A stretch of 64,000 bases of DNA, taken from assembly GCA_951406725.2 (NCBI GenBank), contig OX597821.1:100440001-100504000 (forward strand). The letters run 5' to 3'. Position 1 is the stretch's first letter. Each line of letters opens with the position of its first letter. Source of the stretch: Octopus vulgaris (lineage: Eukaryota). Below are positions 41,040 to 54,719 of the stretch, one piece after another. The notes below the pieces were generated by a model. It saw only the letters and a list, made by a program, of their open reading frames with translations, had not been told where the DNA came from and made no database searches. A program made the translations under genes and the position numbers.

Positions 41040-42049
41040 GAACATATGCATCAATTCGCATGTGGGTGTATACATTTTTTCATGATGATGCTGTGAGGAT
41101 ACATTTGGAAGTTCATGTAGTTATATACGCGTATGTATATATGAACATGCGAGTACTTGCATATAATACGTGCGAATGTTTATAGGTGAAGACGAATATT
41201 TATAGATGAATGTATGTATACAGATATGTGTTGATCTTCATATTCTGAAGATTTTTTTACATATTTGCTGATTGTTATTGTGATAAAGAATATATGACGT
41301 CAAAGAAATATATTATTGTAAAGTTGAAATCAATGGTTTTTAACTGTCATAGAAAAAGGCTAGCAAGAGGTGTCTCGATGGAGACATCTGATTCCATATT
41401 TTAGCACTTAAGACTAATCGATGAACCCTACTCATATCCTGGACTTCTGTGACTCCCTTGTGACAGTATCTTTGCTACATGAGATGAGATCAGATGAAAA
41501 CCATGATAAAATATAGTATACTGAAATAAATAAACAACAGAGGTCTCCACCTCTGCTTGACCTTTCACGGGTGGGTTTCTTTCAACCCATTTCTGAATGA
41601 AATTGGTCACCTTATTCGGAACATCCTTCCAGGCCCTGTACCTCAAACGCTCTGGCCCAAACCAAACCTTACTCTCGCACACGCGTCAAAAGTATTACTT
41701 TCTCTTTCTCTCCGAATGGAACTTCAAGAAGCCCTAAGTAGAGAAACCTGTCTTCCTTCAACTCTTTCAAATTTGTCCTTCGTTTAACCATTTTAGCAGG
41801 CAGGAAACAAACGCGGCAAAAGGGAAATGGAAGGATGCACCTCAGGCTCAGCTCGGCTGATAACTACAACTGTCTTACACGCAACAGAAGCTGTTCAACA
41901 TAACTCCACGGGCCACCTAACCCCCTGGTACTAAGTATGTAGGAACTCAAATGATGTTATCTCGCACGCGTCTCGAGCAGGTCCAGGTCACATTGTTACA
42001 GTGGACGTAGAGTTTATACAAAAGTTGCAGGTAAAAGCATGGATATTTC

Positions 42050-42890
42050 TTATAGAAGAAAAAGGCGTGGAATTTTGGGGACCAATCTAAGAACTATCCA
42101 CCCCAGTATTTAGATTGGTGCTTTATTTTATCGACCCCCGAAGAGATAAAAAGCAAAGTTGACATCGGCAGGTTTTGAGCTCAGAATATAGAGTTAGAAC
42201 ATGCACCACAAAAATTTTTGACCAACGATCTAACGATTCCGTCAGATCGCCTCCTTGATAACACCAACAGCAACAACATCAACGACAACAACAACAATAA
42301 TAATAATAATAATAATTCTTTCTACTATAGGTCCAAGGCTCGAAATTTTGGCGAGGGGTAAATCGATTACATCAACCTCAGTGTTCAACAGATGCTTAGT
42401 CTGTCGACCCTGAAAAGATAAAACGCAAAGTGGACCTCTCCGGAATTTGGACTCAGAACGGAGAAACCGACGAAATGCTGCTAAAGGTTTTGCCTGGTGT
42501 GTTTACCGATTCTGCCAGCTCACTGCTTTAACAAAAACAATAATAATAATAATAATCCTTTCTATTATTGGCACAAGCCCCGAAATTGTGGGGGAGGGGG
42601 CAAGTCGATTACATCGACCCTAGTGTTTAATTTATAGACCCCGAAAATTTATATCGCAGAAAGCTGTAGATATCTTTGTCAATATATCGAGTTTAGTAGA
42701 GTCGTCACCGCACCGGGAATAAATGCTTAGCGGCGTCTTGGGGTGTCTTTACGCTCAGAGTTCAAATTCTACCAGAGTTGAATTTACCTGTCCTCCGTTC
42801 GGAGGGATTTGATCTCAGAACCTAAAGATGCACGAAATGACGCAAACATTTTACTTGGCATGCTAACGATTCTGCTAGTTCGCCGCCATA
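42050..42890. mobile_element. Cluster of degenerate SINE family B copies among (AAT)n/(AAC)n
   Basis: Recurrent gcaaagt.gac.tc...gaatttg.actcagaa motifs. Confidence 0.6.
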
Positions 42891-42922
42891 ATAATAGTGG
42901 TAGGAGCAGCAGCAGCTGTGGT

Positions 42923-42957
<35 letters not shown>

Positions 42958-43143
42958 TTAAAAAAATAATAATAACGGTTTCTTCAACAACAGCAAAAGC
43001 AACTCTTCAAATCCGAAAGATATTCATCTCAAATAAGAGGTTAGAAGGAAAAAATATAGAAAACAAAACAACTAAAAATTAAAAGGAGAAAAAAGTAGAT
43101 GGGAACTATGAAGTGTCAGATAGCAGTTTAATAATGCATTCAC

Positions 43144-43297
43144 CAATGTTGCCCATTACTTTCCAACCTACAAGAGGACCTCCTGCGTGTCCTTGTTCGA
43201 TGTAATCGTATAAATGGTATGAAAGTATTATCACCATAGCAACAAAATTTTTCCGAAGAAATTGGATTAAATTGCCAACAACTAAAATCTGAGAAAC
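43144..43297 (-). CDS. Candidate internal coding exon of an unidentified gene
   Basis: Acceptor ttttttctacaactgtcttag, donor TTG/gtgaat, open frame VSQILVVGNLIQFLRKNFVAMVIILSYHLYDYIEQGHAGGPLVGWKVMGNI in non-repetitive sequence; no family recognised. Confidence 0.3.
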
Positions 43298-43529
43298 CTA
43301 AGACAGTTGTAGAAAAAAACAACTTAAAACGAATATTGATAACATATAAGACATCTACGATGGAAATCCATAAAGATTTGCCGTTACATAGCAAATACTC
43401 CTGTTACGAATAGAATGTCTCACATTAAAATATCTAGCACTAGCTTTCATAGATAAATTCAACCTGAATGGGCAGGCGTGACGATAATTTTCGTCATACA
43501 GTTGTAGGCAAAAGGCTATATAATATATT

Positions 43530-44362
43530 GATTTCAAATTTTGGCACAAGGCCAGAAAGTTCGGAGGAGGGTAAGTCGGTTAATTCGATTCCAGTGCTCC
43601 ACTGATACTTAATCTATCGACCCCGAACGTATGACAGGTAAAGTCAACTACGGTGGAATTTGAACTCAGAACGTCAAGACACGTGAAATGCCACTAAGTA
43701 TACCTATTTCTTTACTACCTACAAGGGGCTAAACACAGTGAGGACAAACAAGGACAGACAAACGGATTACGATCGACCCCAGTGCGTAACTGGTACTTAT
43801 TTAATCGACCCCGAAAGGATGAAAGGCAAAGTCGACCTAGGCGGAATTTGAACTCAGAACGTAGCGGCAGACAAAATACTTATTTCTTTACTACCCACAA
43901 GGAGCTAAACACAGAGAGGACAAACGGAATAAGTCAATTGTATCGACCCCAGTGCGTAACTGGTACTTAATTTATCGACCCCGAAAGGATGAAAGGCAAA
44001 GTCGACCTCGGCGGAATTTGAACTCAGAACGTAACGGCAGACGAAATACCGCGAAGCAATTCGCCCGGTGTGCTAACGTTTCTGCCCTCTCGCCGCCTTA
44101 AAAGACTATATTGATAGAGATATCTACAGTTTCTTATTTCTTTATTGCCCACAAGGGGCTAAACATAGAGGGGACAAACAAGGATAAAGGGACTAAGTCG
44201 ATTACATCAATCCCAGTGCGTAACTGGTACTTAATTTATCGAGCCCGAAAGGATGAAAGGCAAAGTTAACCTCGGCGGAATTTGAACTCAGAACGTAACA
44301 GCAGACGAAATACCGCTAAGCATTTCGCCCGGTGTACTAACGCTTCTGCCAGCTTGCCGCCT
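43530..44362 (-). mobile_element. SINE family B multimer plus an adjacent monomer
   Basis: Nin-like cores at about 43618, 43806, 43976 and 44240. Confidence 0.82.
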
Positions 44363-44732
44363 TATTTATCTACAGTTTCTGCTATATAAAAAAACAATTG
44401 TCGTCTGTGTTGATTTCAGAGGCCTCTGCTGATCAATGTCGACCTCACATGTCCATATGAATGTATTGACTTAGCAAAGAATTTTTTTGCGGAAATCTGA
44501 CAGTTGCTCATACATATAGGTTTTCCCCTCACCATGCAATTGATGTTTATCCAATCGATGTTTGGACCGATATAGCTTAGCAGCAATGTCATCGAAGCTA
44601 TTGCTGTGAAAACAGCAAAGCGTGGAAACAGTTACTAAAAGACAATTTGCCAAACCCTCAAACTGTTACGCTAATCCCAAATTCTGATTTACCGTTTTCA
44701 CTTGACCAGACTTACTACTTTCTGTTTCTTAC

Positions 44733-44795
44733 GCTGTATGGTAATATCTGGTTTCTTCGTAACTGGCGTGGGGAAGAATCCTTAGCACCATGCAT
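44733..44795 (-). CDS. Candidate first coding exon (MHGAKDSSPRQLRRNQILPYS)
   Basis: ATG at 44795-44793, donor AGC/gtaaga, phase 0, compatible with the 43144-43297 candidate. Confidence 0.2.
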
Positions 44796-45345
44796 CCACC
44801 TCTCAAAAGCTGTTCCACTTTTCGTTCACGTGAATATAATATTTGGAGAAAGTGAACTGAGAAGCTGTACAATTAATTATATCCTTTTAACTGTTTAATT
44901 AAGATACGTTATGTCTGAGGTAGTTTAAGTAATGCACCCATCATCTAGTTTCTGAGGATAGTGCACAATTCAAGTCTATTAGGTTTAGCAAGAATTATTC
45001 GGAATGTTCCTAATACAATGTAAGAAAAGATATGCAAAATAGAAAAAAAGGCATTTTATACAGAAAGTACGAAATGCTTCTCATTTTAAACCACGAGTCG
45101 TCTTCGATAGAAAACCTATTTCAACCGAACAGCACAATACCAGTTCCGTCAAGAAAACAGGACATGGTGATGATGAGGAAATAGATGATAAAGATGATGA
45201 CGATGATGACGATGATGATGATAATGATGATGATGATAAATAATACTAACATTGATAAATGTTCCTAAACTAAGCAGAAGGCTAGCAACTTGGAAGGGAG
45301 GGGTTAGTCGAGACCATTAATCCCAATACTTAACAGGTATTTTAT

Positions 45346-45397
<52 letters not shown>

Positions 45398-45494
45398 CAG
45401 CAGCAGTAGTGGTTGTAGTAGTAGTAGTAGTAGTAGCAGCAGCAGCAGTAGTAGCGGTGGTGCTGCTGCTGACGGTAGCGTCGGTGGTAGCAAC

Positions 45495-45529
<35 letters not shown>

Positions 45530-45564
45530 CGGTGCTGCTGCTGCTGATGGTAGTGTCGGTGGCC

Positions 45565-45622
<58 letters not shown>

Positions 45623-45710
45623 CGGTGGTGGTGCTGCTGCTGACGGTAGCGTCGGTGGCAGCAGCAGCAGTAGTAGTAGTAGTAGTAGCAGTAGTAGTAG
45701 TAACAGTAGT
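45346..45710 (+). repeat. Compound (GTA)n/(GCA)n microsatellite with a higher-order unit
   Basis: gcggtg..ctgctgctga.ggtag.gtcggtgg recurs three times between (GTA)n runs. Confidence 0.85.
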
Positions 45711-46171
45711 ATGTGGTGGTTTGGTGAGAGATGGAGAGACGTGTCACTATTTATACAGACCAGTGAAGTTAGTGTTAAGCCGCGAACCGAACGAGACTAA
45801 AAAACTAGAGGCATTAAATTTCCGGCGTAATATTTGTCGTCTGTTTTATAGAAAACTAGTGTCAGGTGCAGAAAGATGATTAAAATTCCTAGATTAGATA
45901 GCTGTTCACTATGTATATACACAGAGAGAGACTATGACTCAGAGGTATATGTCCGTCGACATTAAATATTATGCATTTCCTAGGAAAGGGATTGGAAGGG
46001 AGAAGATCTAATAAACGAAACAGAAATAAATGGACTGGAAGCGTCCGTAAAGAAAACAAGGATTGCTGTTTCATGAATACATCACACACATACATTTATG
46101 TGTGTGTGTTTGTAATTTATATATGTGTGTTTGTGCGCGTGGGTGTGCGTGTGTGTAGAGTTGTATAGTCT

Positions 46172-46255
46172 TCCATTTACTTGGATCAACAAAAAAGTAA
46201 TCCATCAAGTGATATCACTTGATGGAGTACATTTTTGATGATCCAAGTAAATGGA
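46172..46255. repeat. 84-bp imperfect palindrome with no spacer
   Basis: tccatttacttggatca...tccatcaagtgat|atcacttgatgga...tgatccaagtaaatgga. Confidence 0.85.
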
Positions 46256-46277
46256 CACCCACACACCCACACACACG

Positions 46278-46334
<57 letters not shown>

Positions 46335-46407
46335 CGCGATGATAGATCGTAGGTCACTACACATATTTTTTTCTCTCCTTGTTTCTCTCCTTGTTTTTTC
46401 TGTGTCC

Positions 46408-46443
46408 CTTTCTGTAGAAGAGCGTAGGCTCGAAAAGTAAAAG
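46408..46443 (+). ncRNA. Hammerhead motif (CUGUAGA core) in solo PLE terminal repeat 46333-46532
   Basis: cttt-CTGTAGA-a-gagc(gtag)gctc-GAAA-ag-TA-aaag; flanks match 4740-4952; (TA)n on both sides. Confidence 0.68.
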
Positions 46444-46530
46444 ACTTTTTCTATTCCTGAGCGTTATACTAATACATCTGTTTGTTTTGTCCACCACCTG
46501 TCTTCGTCTTTTGTTTTTTTCATAAACTCT

Positions 46531-46585
<55 letters not shown>

Positions 46586-46596
46586 ATATATATAAC

Positions 46597-46688
46597 CTGT
46601 TACTCTGAGTATCACGTTCCCGTTCGTCGGACAGTTTTTTCTAGCAAAAACTGTCCGACGAACAGGAACGTGAAGCTCAGAGTAACAG
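46597..46688. ncRNA. Head-to-head pair of hammerhead motifs (CCGACGA core), same family as 22585-22622
   Basis: Plus arm ctgt-CCGACGA-aca(ggaa)cgt-GAAG-ctcagag-TA-acag (46651-46688), mirrored at 46597-46634. Confidence 0.6.
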
Positions 46689-46736
46689 GTTTTTTAAATT
46701 TTCTGCTGCTTTTAAATAAAGCATATTACTCTACCA

Positions 46737-46800
<64 letters not shown>

Positions 46801-47063
46801 AATGAGATACTCAGAAATCTAGATGGTTGTACATTTACAGATATTATTAATATGTCACATGTTTTTATAAATCATATATTAGCGCTTGTATCTACTCTAG
46901 TAGAAGCTGCATTCAATGACTGAAACAAGGGAACGATAAAGTGCTGTTTTAAAAGTATGGAAAAGTATTCATTAGATTCGTCTGGACAGCTTTGTTTTTG
47001 TTATCTTTGTCTCTTGTTTAAATATCTTTTAAGATTATTTTAAATATAATATTGAGATAAACT

Positions 47064-47500
47064 AAGGCGGCGAGCTGGCAGAATCGTTAGCATGCAGGGC
47101 AAAACGATTATGAGTATTTCGTCTGTCTTTACGTTCTGAGTACAAATTTTACCAAAGGTAGACTTGTCTTTCATCCAATCGGGTGTCTATAAATTAAGTA
47201 CCAGTTACGTACTAGGGTCGATCTAATCGAGTGGCCTCTCCCTAGAAATTTCGGGCCTTGTGCCTAGGAGTTGAAAATTATATTGCGATAAACTATAGGC
47301 GGTGAGCTGGGAATCGTTAGCATGCCGGGCGAAATCCTTAGCGGGATTCCGTCTGTCTTTACATTCTGAGTTCAATTTCCACCGAGGTCGACTTTGCATT
47401 TCCTCATTTTGGGGTCGATAAATTAAGTACCAGTTACTGGGTTCGATCTAATCGACTGGCCCCTTCCCCAAAAATTTCGGGCCTTGTGCTTAGAGTAACA
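47064..47500 (+). mobile_element. Two tandem SINE family B monomers
   Basis: Heads at about 47064 and 47297, each preceded by tattg.gataaacta (possible duplicated target). Confidence 0.75.
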
Positions 47501-49564
47501 ACGACAACATCGACTATAAAAATAAACTTCAAAATGTGAACCAGTACATAAAACAAAACAGAAACGAGTACATAAAAAATACAATAAACACTCAGTGTTT
47601 ATTGTATTCTTTTATAGTATGGTGGTATCATGGTGCTGGTCATTTTTGTGAAGCTAAATTACTCTGCCTTGATAAAGTGCGCATGCGCATTTAAAAGTTT
47701 TGCGGGGTTGTTGAATGGTACGATGTAGAGGTGTTGAAAAAATGTTTGTAAAAATGAATGGAGTGATAATTTTTAAAAAGGGTGAGAAACAGTGTTTAAG
47801 GCCGTATAGAATCAGATTAGGTTTGGTGTTTAGAATTAATGTGTCTCGATTGGTCGCTCCCTCTTTTAGTTGAAATATTGCCAATTCGATCGTTGAAATA
47901 TCCCCTACAAGAAAATCCAATACCTAGCAGACGTGTATTGAGGCAGTTTCAATTATACTCTGTTACTTAATTAATAGAAACTTTTTACCCAATCGAAATA
48001 AACCAATTATCTATTTTCGTAATTTACTTTTTACTCCCCAGCCTCTCCCTACATCTCTCTCTTCCTCTCTCTCTCTCCTTCGATATCTATCCATCCATCT
48101 ATCTATCTTTCTATCTGTCTTTTTCTACATTCTTTATCATCATATTTGCTGTAATTTTCTTATTATCTGACTGTTCTTTCTACCATTTTGCTCTTTTTTC
48201 CTCTTGTCTTTCACATTCATTCTCAATTCTTATTCTCCTCCAGTCGCTTTGATTCTCCTCCAATCGCTCATTATGTAGCCTTCCTCTTCATCAGACCATA
48301 CTCTTTTGTCTTACCCCCTTTCTCTCCCCTCTCTCTCTCTCTTCTCTTCTTTCTTCTCCACACACACACACTCTCTCTCTCTCTCTCTCTCCTCACCTCT
48401 CACTGTCCAAAAGAATCATACCACCATAGATGAATTACATGTTGAAAATAAATATCGACACGTTGGTGATTTACTAAGTGGATACCAAATACCAAATATG
48501 TGCTTAGATTTCGAGATAATCAATCTGTCGATACGAAGATATTGATCTTATCTCTAATTTTACAAGGGATGCAAATTTACATTGACATTACGTGGTGATT
48601 AACTTTCTCATAATTGTGTAGCCATCAGGGCTTTGGTTTGACTTGAAACTTGATAGATTCCGTATATCGAACTAATACTGTTAAGAAGTTTATAAAACTT
48701 ATGTTTAAACTTGACTTTTCTCTCCTCCTTTATACTCGCATACATTTTTAAACTTTAGTCAACACACTCTTCTTTACACTTCAATTTACTCAAGCTTTCT
48801 GTGTCATTTCTCCGCTTCTTTTTCGTTCTGACTTACTTCTCTTTTCATCTTCTTGTCTACTCTCTTTTGTTCTTCATTCCTTCCTCTCTCCTTCTCTCTC
48901 TTTCTCCTCTTTTCCCTACCCCCCTCTCTCTTTCTCTCTTGCTCTTTATTTTCCTCTTATTCTACCCACACCCATCGTCTCCTCCTGTTATGCATTTCAC
49001 TCCTCCGCTTTCCTCTGTTTTTTTCTACCTACATGCATCCTTTATCTCCATCTTTCTCTATCTCACTCACTCTCTCTCTCTCTCTCCCTCATTCTCTCTC
49101 TCTCTGTTGTGCATGTCACTCCCGTGGACCTACAACTATCTGATATAACTGTCATTCAAAAAGCAATGACATATAACTACCAATCAGATGGCTACCCAGA
49201 TACCTGTTTACATATAAACACTTTAACTAATTGTCCGGTAAATATCCGAGCAATATAGCTAGACATTATAGTAAATGAACAGCTACAGACGAACGGAAAT
49301 ATCGTAAGTATCCAGTTAGAACGAGACGACGGGAGAGCGGATATGCAGCGGAAAAACAGCCAAACTCCCCTTAAATCACACCATATCGTCTATCAAAAAC
49401 TACACGACTGGAACGTGTCTGTTCGATCAAGATTGGCCGGTGTCTAAAACAACAACAGCGACAACATAAGCAGCGCGTCTGGCGACCGGGTGAACCTTCT
49501 ACGCCGCGATTCGACACCCTAGAAATTGTCGCCAAATCTCTATTAAATCACACACGTGAAAATT

Positions 49565-49925
49565 TTATCTTTTATTTGTCCCAGTCACAGGACTGCAGCC
49601 ATGCCGGGGCACTTCCTTGAATGGATTTAGTCGAAGAGACTCCAGTATTAAGTTTTCTAAACCTGGTACTTATTCTTATTTTTGCCGAACTGCTATCTTA
49701 CTGTGACGCAAACAAACCGACACCGATTATCAAGCATTGTGGGGAAAAACACACACACACACATAACGGCCTTCCGTACAGTTTCCACCTGCCAAGTGCA
49801 TTTGGAAGTCATTCGTCGGCCCGGGCCAATTGTCGAAGGCACTTGCCCAAAACACCGCGCAGCGAGACCGAACTGGAAGTCAAATAGTTGCAAAGTGTGC
49901 TCCTTGACCACGCAGTCACACCAAT
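49565..49925 (-). mobile_element. Degenerate SINE family A
   Basis: gactgcagccatgc.ggggcac tail motif and cacttgccca head motif. Confidence 0.6.
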
Positions 49926-50163
49926 GCAAGAATTACTTGACAAAAAAATGAATTTTCTAATGTGGTCCTAGAAGCACTTTGACTGAAAATAGGCGGGGTG
50001 GTCACGGTCTTGAACACCATCCATTATAGGCTTTCTCGACCAGTCTAACTTGGGCCTAAACGACAGCAATATTAACAGCAGTGTCAAATCAAAGTTAGCA
50101 GGGAATTAATATAAGTATTTACAGTATCTAGTTTAGTATTCTTTAGTTTTGATTGTAAATCCC

Positions 50164-50589
50164 GGATCTTTTCGGTTTGAACGGCAGTTTTTTTCTAGCT
50201 GTGTCATATGAAATTGTCACCCATAATTATGACCCTAGTATCGATCCATTGCATTTCAATCTGTTTTAGGGTTAGGGTTAGTTAGAGTTAGGGGTAGGGG
50301 AAGGGTATCTTTTTTTCTTCACAAATGTAAATAAACCCAATCTGTTTCTTAAACGAGGGACATATTCATACGGCACAGAATGTTTTTTACCTCAATAGAC
50401 GTCAGTGATTGGTTGAAATTGCAGAAATTTAAGAAAAAAAACAACAAATATCTTACAGACTATAGAATTTTCTCAATAAAGCCAAGAGAAAAAGATGTTT
50501 TATAAACACATTCTACTAGTATACGAAGTTTAAATTTTTTAGTTACCTAGAAATTGTGTTAAAAACTGCCGTTCAAACCGAAAAGATCC
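50164..50589. mobile_element. Non-autonomous TIR transposon (Merlin-like) with 8-bp TSD
   Basis: Perfect 29-bp TIR ggatcttttcggtttgaacggcagttttt; TSD taaatccc at 50156-50163 and 50590-50597; GG termini. Confidence 0.85.
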
Positions 50590-51463
50590 TAAATCCCTGT
50601 TTCACCGATAAATACAAAGCAATATCCACCAATATAACCGTTTCACATTTATTGACCTTCGCAAAATGAACAACTTTTGCTACGTATTATTTTCGCGATG
50701 TTTTCCTCTACGTTGATTTCTATTAAAAGCTACACACCTATAAATCTATTTGCTAAGTTAATGGCGGACTGTTTATAATTGATAGTGTCTGCTTGATTCT
50801 CTTACGCTATTTCCTAAGTTTTGCATATATTCTTTTCTTTTCCACTTCAAGCTTTCTTTCTGTCTTTTACTCTCATACTTCTGGTTTCCGCTTTCAATAA
50901 TTTCCTTTAACTCTCTCACCGCCTCACACACAGTCTTTCACATTACTGTTCTGTCTTTACGTATTTTATAGTTGAGAGATACAATAGAATGTTGAAATAA
51001 AACTCCTCAGTAACAAGAATGATAAAGTAATTTTAGATTCTGAGATTTTCGAAACCACACCTGCATCTCGCTTCCTTTAAAAGCACGTAAATGCAATGTA
51101 GATAAGATATTTAAAAATAACAATGAATCTGGATTAAATGTTTTAATATTGTGTTCTTTGTTCTCCACAATACATCATTAAAACTTGCAGTGTGGTTAGC
51201 CCGAAGCTATTGCATTTGATTGGAGTAAATCAAACGACAAAGTGTAACTTGAAAACAGCCAGTATTTTTTCTCTAGTTACGGTATAGACATACAAGCACA
51301 CACAAACATATATATGTATACATACAAAGATAGACATACACAGTACATGTACATATATATATGTGTGTGTGTGTGTGTGTATGTGTGTTTATATATATAT
51401 ATATGTGTGTGTGTATGTGTGTTTATATATATATATATATATATATACATGTTTATATATATA

Positions 51464-51501
<38 letters not shown>

Positions 51502-51653
51502 GTTTATATATGTATAAAGTATATACAAAGAGAGTGAAAGAGAGATACTTATAGATGTATACATATATATAGAGAGATAGACAGGCAGAGAGACGGACAG
51601 ATAGATAGATAGATATACATACATACATGTATGTATGTATGTATGTATGTATG

Positions 51654-51718
<65 letters not shown>

Positions 51719-52524
51719 AGTGAGAGATTTATAGATGTATACATCTTTATTCATAGACAGACAGGCAGACAAATAGATATACCTATATATATATACATAT
51801 ATACATATATATATGTGTATGTGTGTGTATGTATATATATGTGTATATATATATGTGTGTGTGTATGTATATATATATATATATATCTGTATGTATATAT
51901 AAATATATATATGTGAATACACATATACAAACATACACACACACACACATACATGTATATATACATGATATACACACGAACGACAAAAGATCACTGCCTA
52001 TTCCTTTGACCAATTACCATCAATTTTCCTCACACCTTTGCAAATTACACTATTCTTCACACGTCTTCTTTAAGCTAGAACATTCTATTCACGCTTAATA
52101 TCAATAGTTCACATCAGACACTCATGTCATCTCGGTCCAGGCGAAAACTGACGACCAGATAACATTCAGAAGTAAAACTGTGCCGCAGTTTCATGTCACA
52201 AATAACTTTCTATGCTAAAGATTCTTTTTTAATGCAGTTTCTCGCATGTATTTCATGTTCTTTAGCCTTTATCTTTTATTTGTTTTAGTCATTGAACTGC
52301 GGCCATACTGGGGCACCGCCATGAAGAGTTTAGTCGACCAGTTAGACCCCATTTTTTTTAAGTGTGGTAATTATTCTATCTCTCCTCTTTTGCTAAACTG
52401 TTAAACAAGCGTAAACACACCATTACCGGTTGTCTGATGGTGATAGAGGACAAACGCAAACAGAAATGCACTTATACAGACGTGCATACATGCGTACATA
52501 TATATATAAATATATATATATACA

Positions 52525-53405
52525 TCTATAATAATAAATGCGAAAGCTAATGTCAGTGTGTCAGTGTGTCACAGTTTTAAGCTTTACTCCTCCGGTTCCT
52601 TCTATTCAATTACACTTCTACTATTCCTCATGCTTTACCTCTCTCTCACTAGTCAATGACACATCTACCTGTATCAAGTAACTTAACCATAGCACGTGCC
52701 TCATAACGTTCGGAACCGAAATACGTATTGAATTCATTCTTTCATACAATATTATCTCTCATAACTCTCTACCATAAAAATGTTGGAAATTTAGTATTTT
52801 TTCAGATATTAATAAAATTTGTCGGACCTATTTTCATGCTGTCGGCCGTCGGAGTTATGTATAGCGCATCCAACTACATCAAAATAGATTCGACTAATTT
52901 TATTACTACATTAAAAAATACTAAATTTAAAATATCCTTATGGTCAAATACATTTAGAACAATTCCAAACCATAAATATCGCACTTTAAAATAGTGTTTA
53001 GCGACAGTAGTGTAATTTTCCTTCAAACTACGATCAGGAGTTTAGATACGTACCGTACTACAAATAATTGTTTGTACGAAAAGTAAGGCCATGCGTACAT
53101 CATATTGTCTTTAAATTAAGCGGCGCAGAAGAATTATCGTTGAAGTTTTTAAAGGTAAGCTTATTGTTGCCTACGGCCAGCTAAATGTTGGTTGTTGAAG
53201 GGTAAGGAATGTAAACAAGCTATCTGTACTGACCCTGAATGGGAAGACAAAAATATTACTTATCATGGAGCTTTGCAATAAGCTCCATTGTTTTGATGGA
53301 AATTGTTCAATATTGTCCAAGTTTAATAAAATGTAATATGTACTCAATGCACGAAGTGTTACTGTTGGGCCCAAGGCCCAATGAAGAGCCCTCAACAGGA
53401 GCTAG
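52525..53405 (+). mobile_element. Probable non-autonomous Helitron
   Basis: A|TCTATAATAATAAATG 5' end followed by short gtgt repeats; 3' end ...CTAG|T preceded by a weak GC hairpin; no TSD. Confidence 0.5.
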
Positions 53406-53454
53406 TTTAAAAGCCGCCTATCGGGCGTATGCATGTATGTATGGTTGTATGTAT

Positions 53455-53778
53455 ATACTTTTTAACTGTTTCAGTCATTTCACTGCGACCATGCCGGAGA
53501 ACCGCCTTTAGTCGAGCAAATCGACTCCAGAGCTTATTCTTTGTAAGCCTAGTACTTATTCTATCGGTCTGTTCCGCAGAACCGCTAACTTACAGCGACT
53601 TAAACACACCAGTATCGGTTGTCAAGCGATGTTGGGGGGACAAACAGACACACATACCTATACATATATATATATGGTCGGCCCGAAGCTATAGTAGAAC
53701 ACACTTGCCCAACGTGCCACGCAGTGGAACTGAACCTGGGACCATGTGGTTGGTAAGCAACCACATAGCCACCCTGCG

Positions 53779-53780
<2 letters not shown>
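53455..53780 (-). mobile_element. SINE family A
   Basis: Reverse-complement match to head and tail. Confidence 0.78.
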
Positions 53781-53867
<87 letters not shown>

Positions 53868-53938
53868 TTACCACACAGAGATAAAACCCTATTACAAATC
53901 CTGTAAGCCATAAGATTAATTAATTTATATTATTTTAA

Positions 53939-53999
<61 letters not shown>

Positions 54000-54224
54000 G
54001 CAGATAACGGAAAATCGATCGGTTTAGTGATATACTATGAAGGTCGAAAAGTTGAACGCTCCAACTCGAAACCAGAAAATTGTAAACAGACCTCGACATC
54101 AATCCCAGATACTTTTCTGTCTGAAAATGCTTGTAACATCTCCAATAGGTTCTGTTTGTTCGAAGTCAAAGCCATACTAATTGAAGAGATAGCCTTCTTC
54201 TGTATGAAGTAGAAGTTACCATGT

Positions 54225-54290
<66 letters not shown>

Positions 54291-54307
54291 TGTGTGTGTG
54301 TGTCTGT

Positions 54308-54369
<62 letters not shown>

Positions 54370-54719
54370 ACAACAGGCTTCCACATAGGCTTCTCCGTTT
54401 GCCAAATTCCCTCACAAAGCATTGGTCAACCAGAGGCTTTTACAGAAAACACATGCGCACTGAATCCGAAACCAAGTAATTAACAATTGATCTTCTTAAC
54501 CACATAGCCTTTCGAATTTAATTGAGATTTAGTGATTATTTTCTATAACCGTAAAAATAAAAATGCTCAAGTATATGCAGCTGAATCTGTCTTATGATCA
54601 AATCGATCTTAGAATGGCCTCCTGCTTTCCAAATAAAGGCATAACTCAACTCATGTTGATGCCTGTTTTCATGATCTGCGACTTAACTTGAAAAACAACG
54701 CAACACGAAGAAAAAAAAT

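Noticed and set aside
41445-42000. Possible solo LTR (tgtgac...gtcaca)
   Set aside because: No target-site duplication or second copy in the window.
43170-43200. QGHAGGPLV resembling the trypsin GDSGGPLV motif
   Set aside because: Catalytic Ser and flanking Cys are absent; likely coincidence.
43530-44362. Regularly spaced repeats suggesting a CRISPR-like array
   Set aside because: Units are SINE multimers with homologous, not unique, spacers; eukaryotic context and no cas genes.
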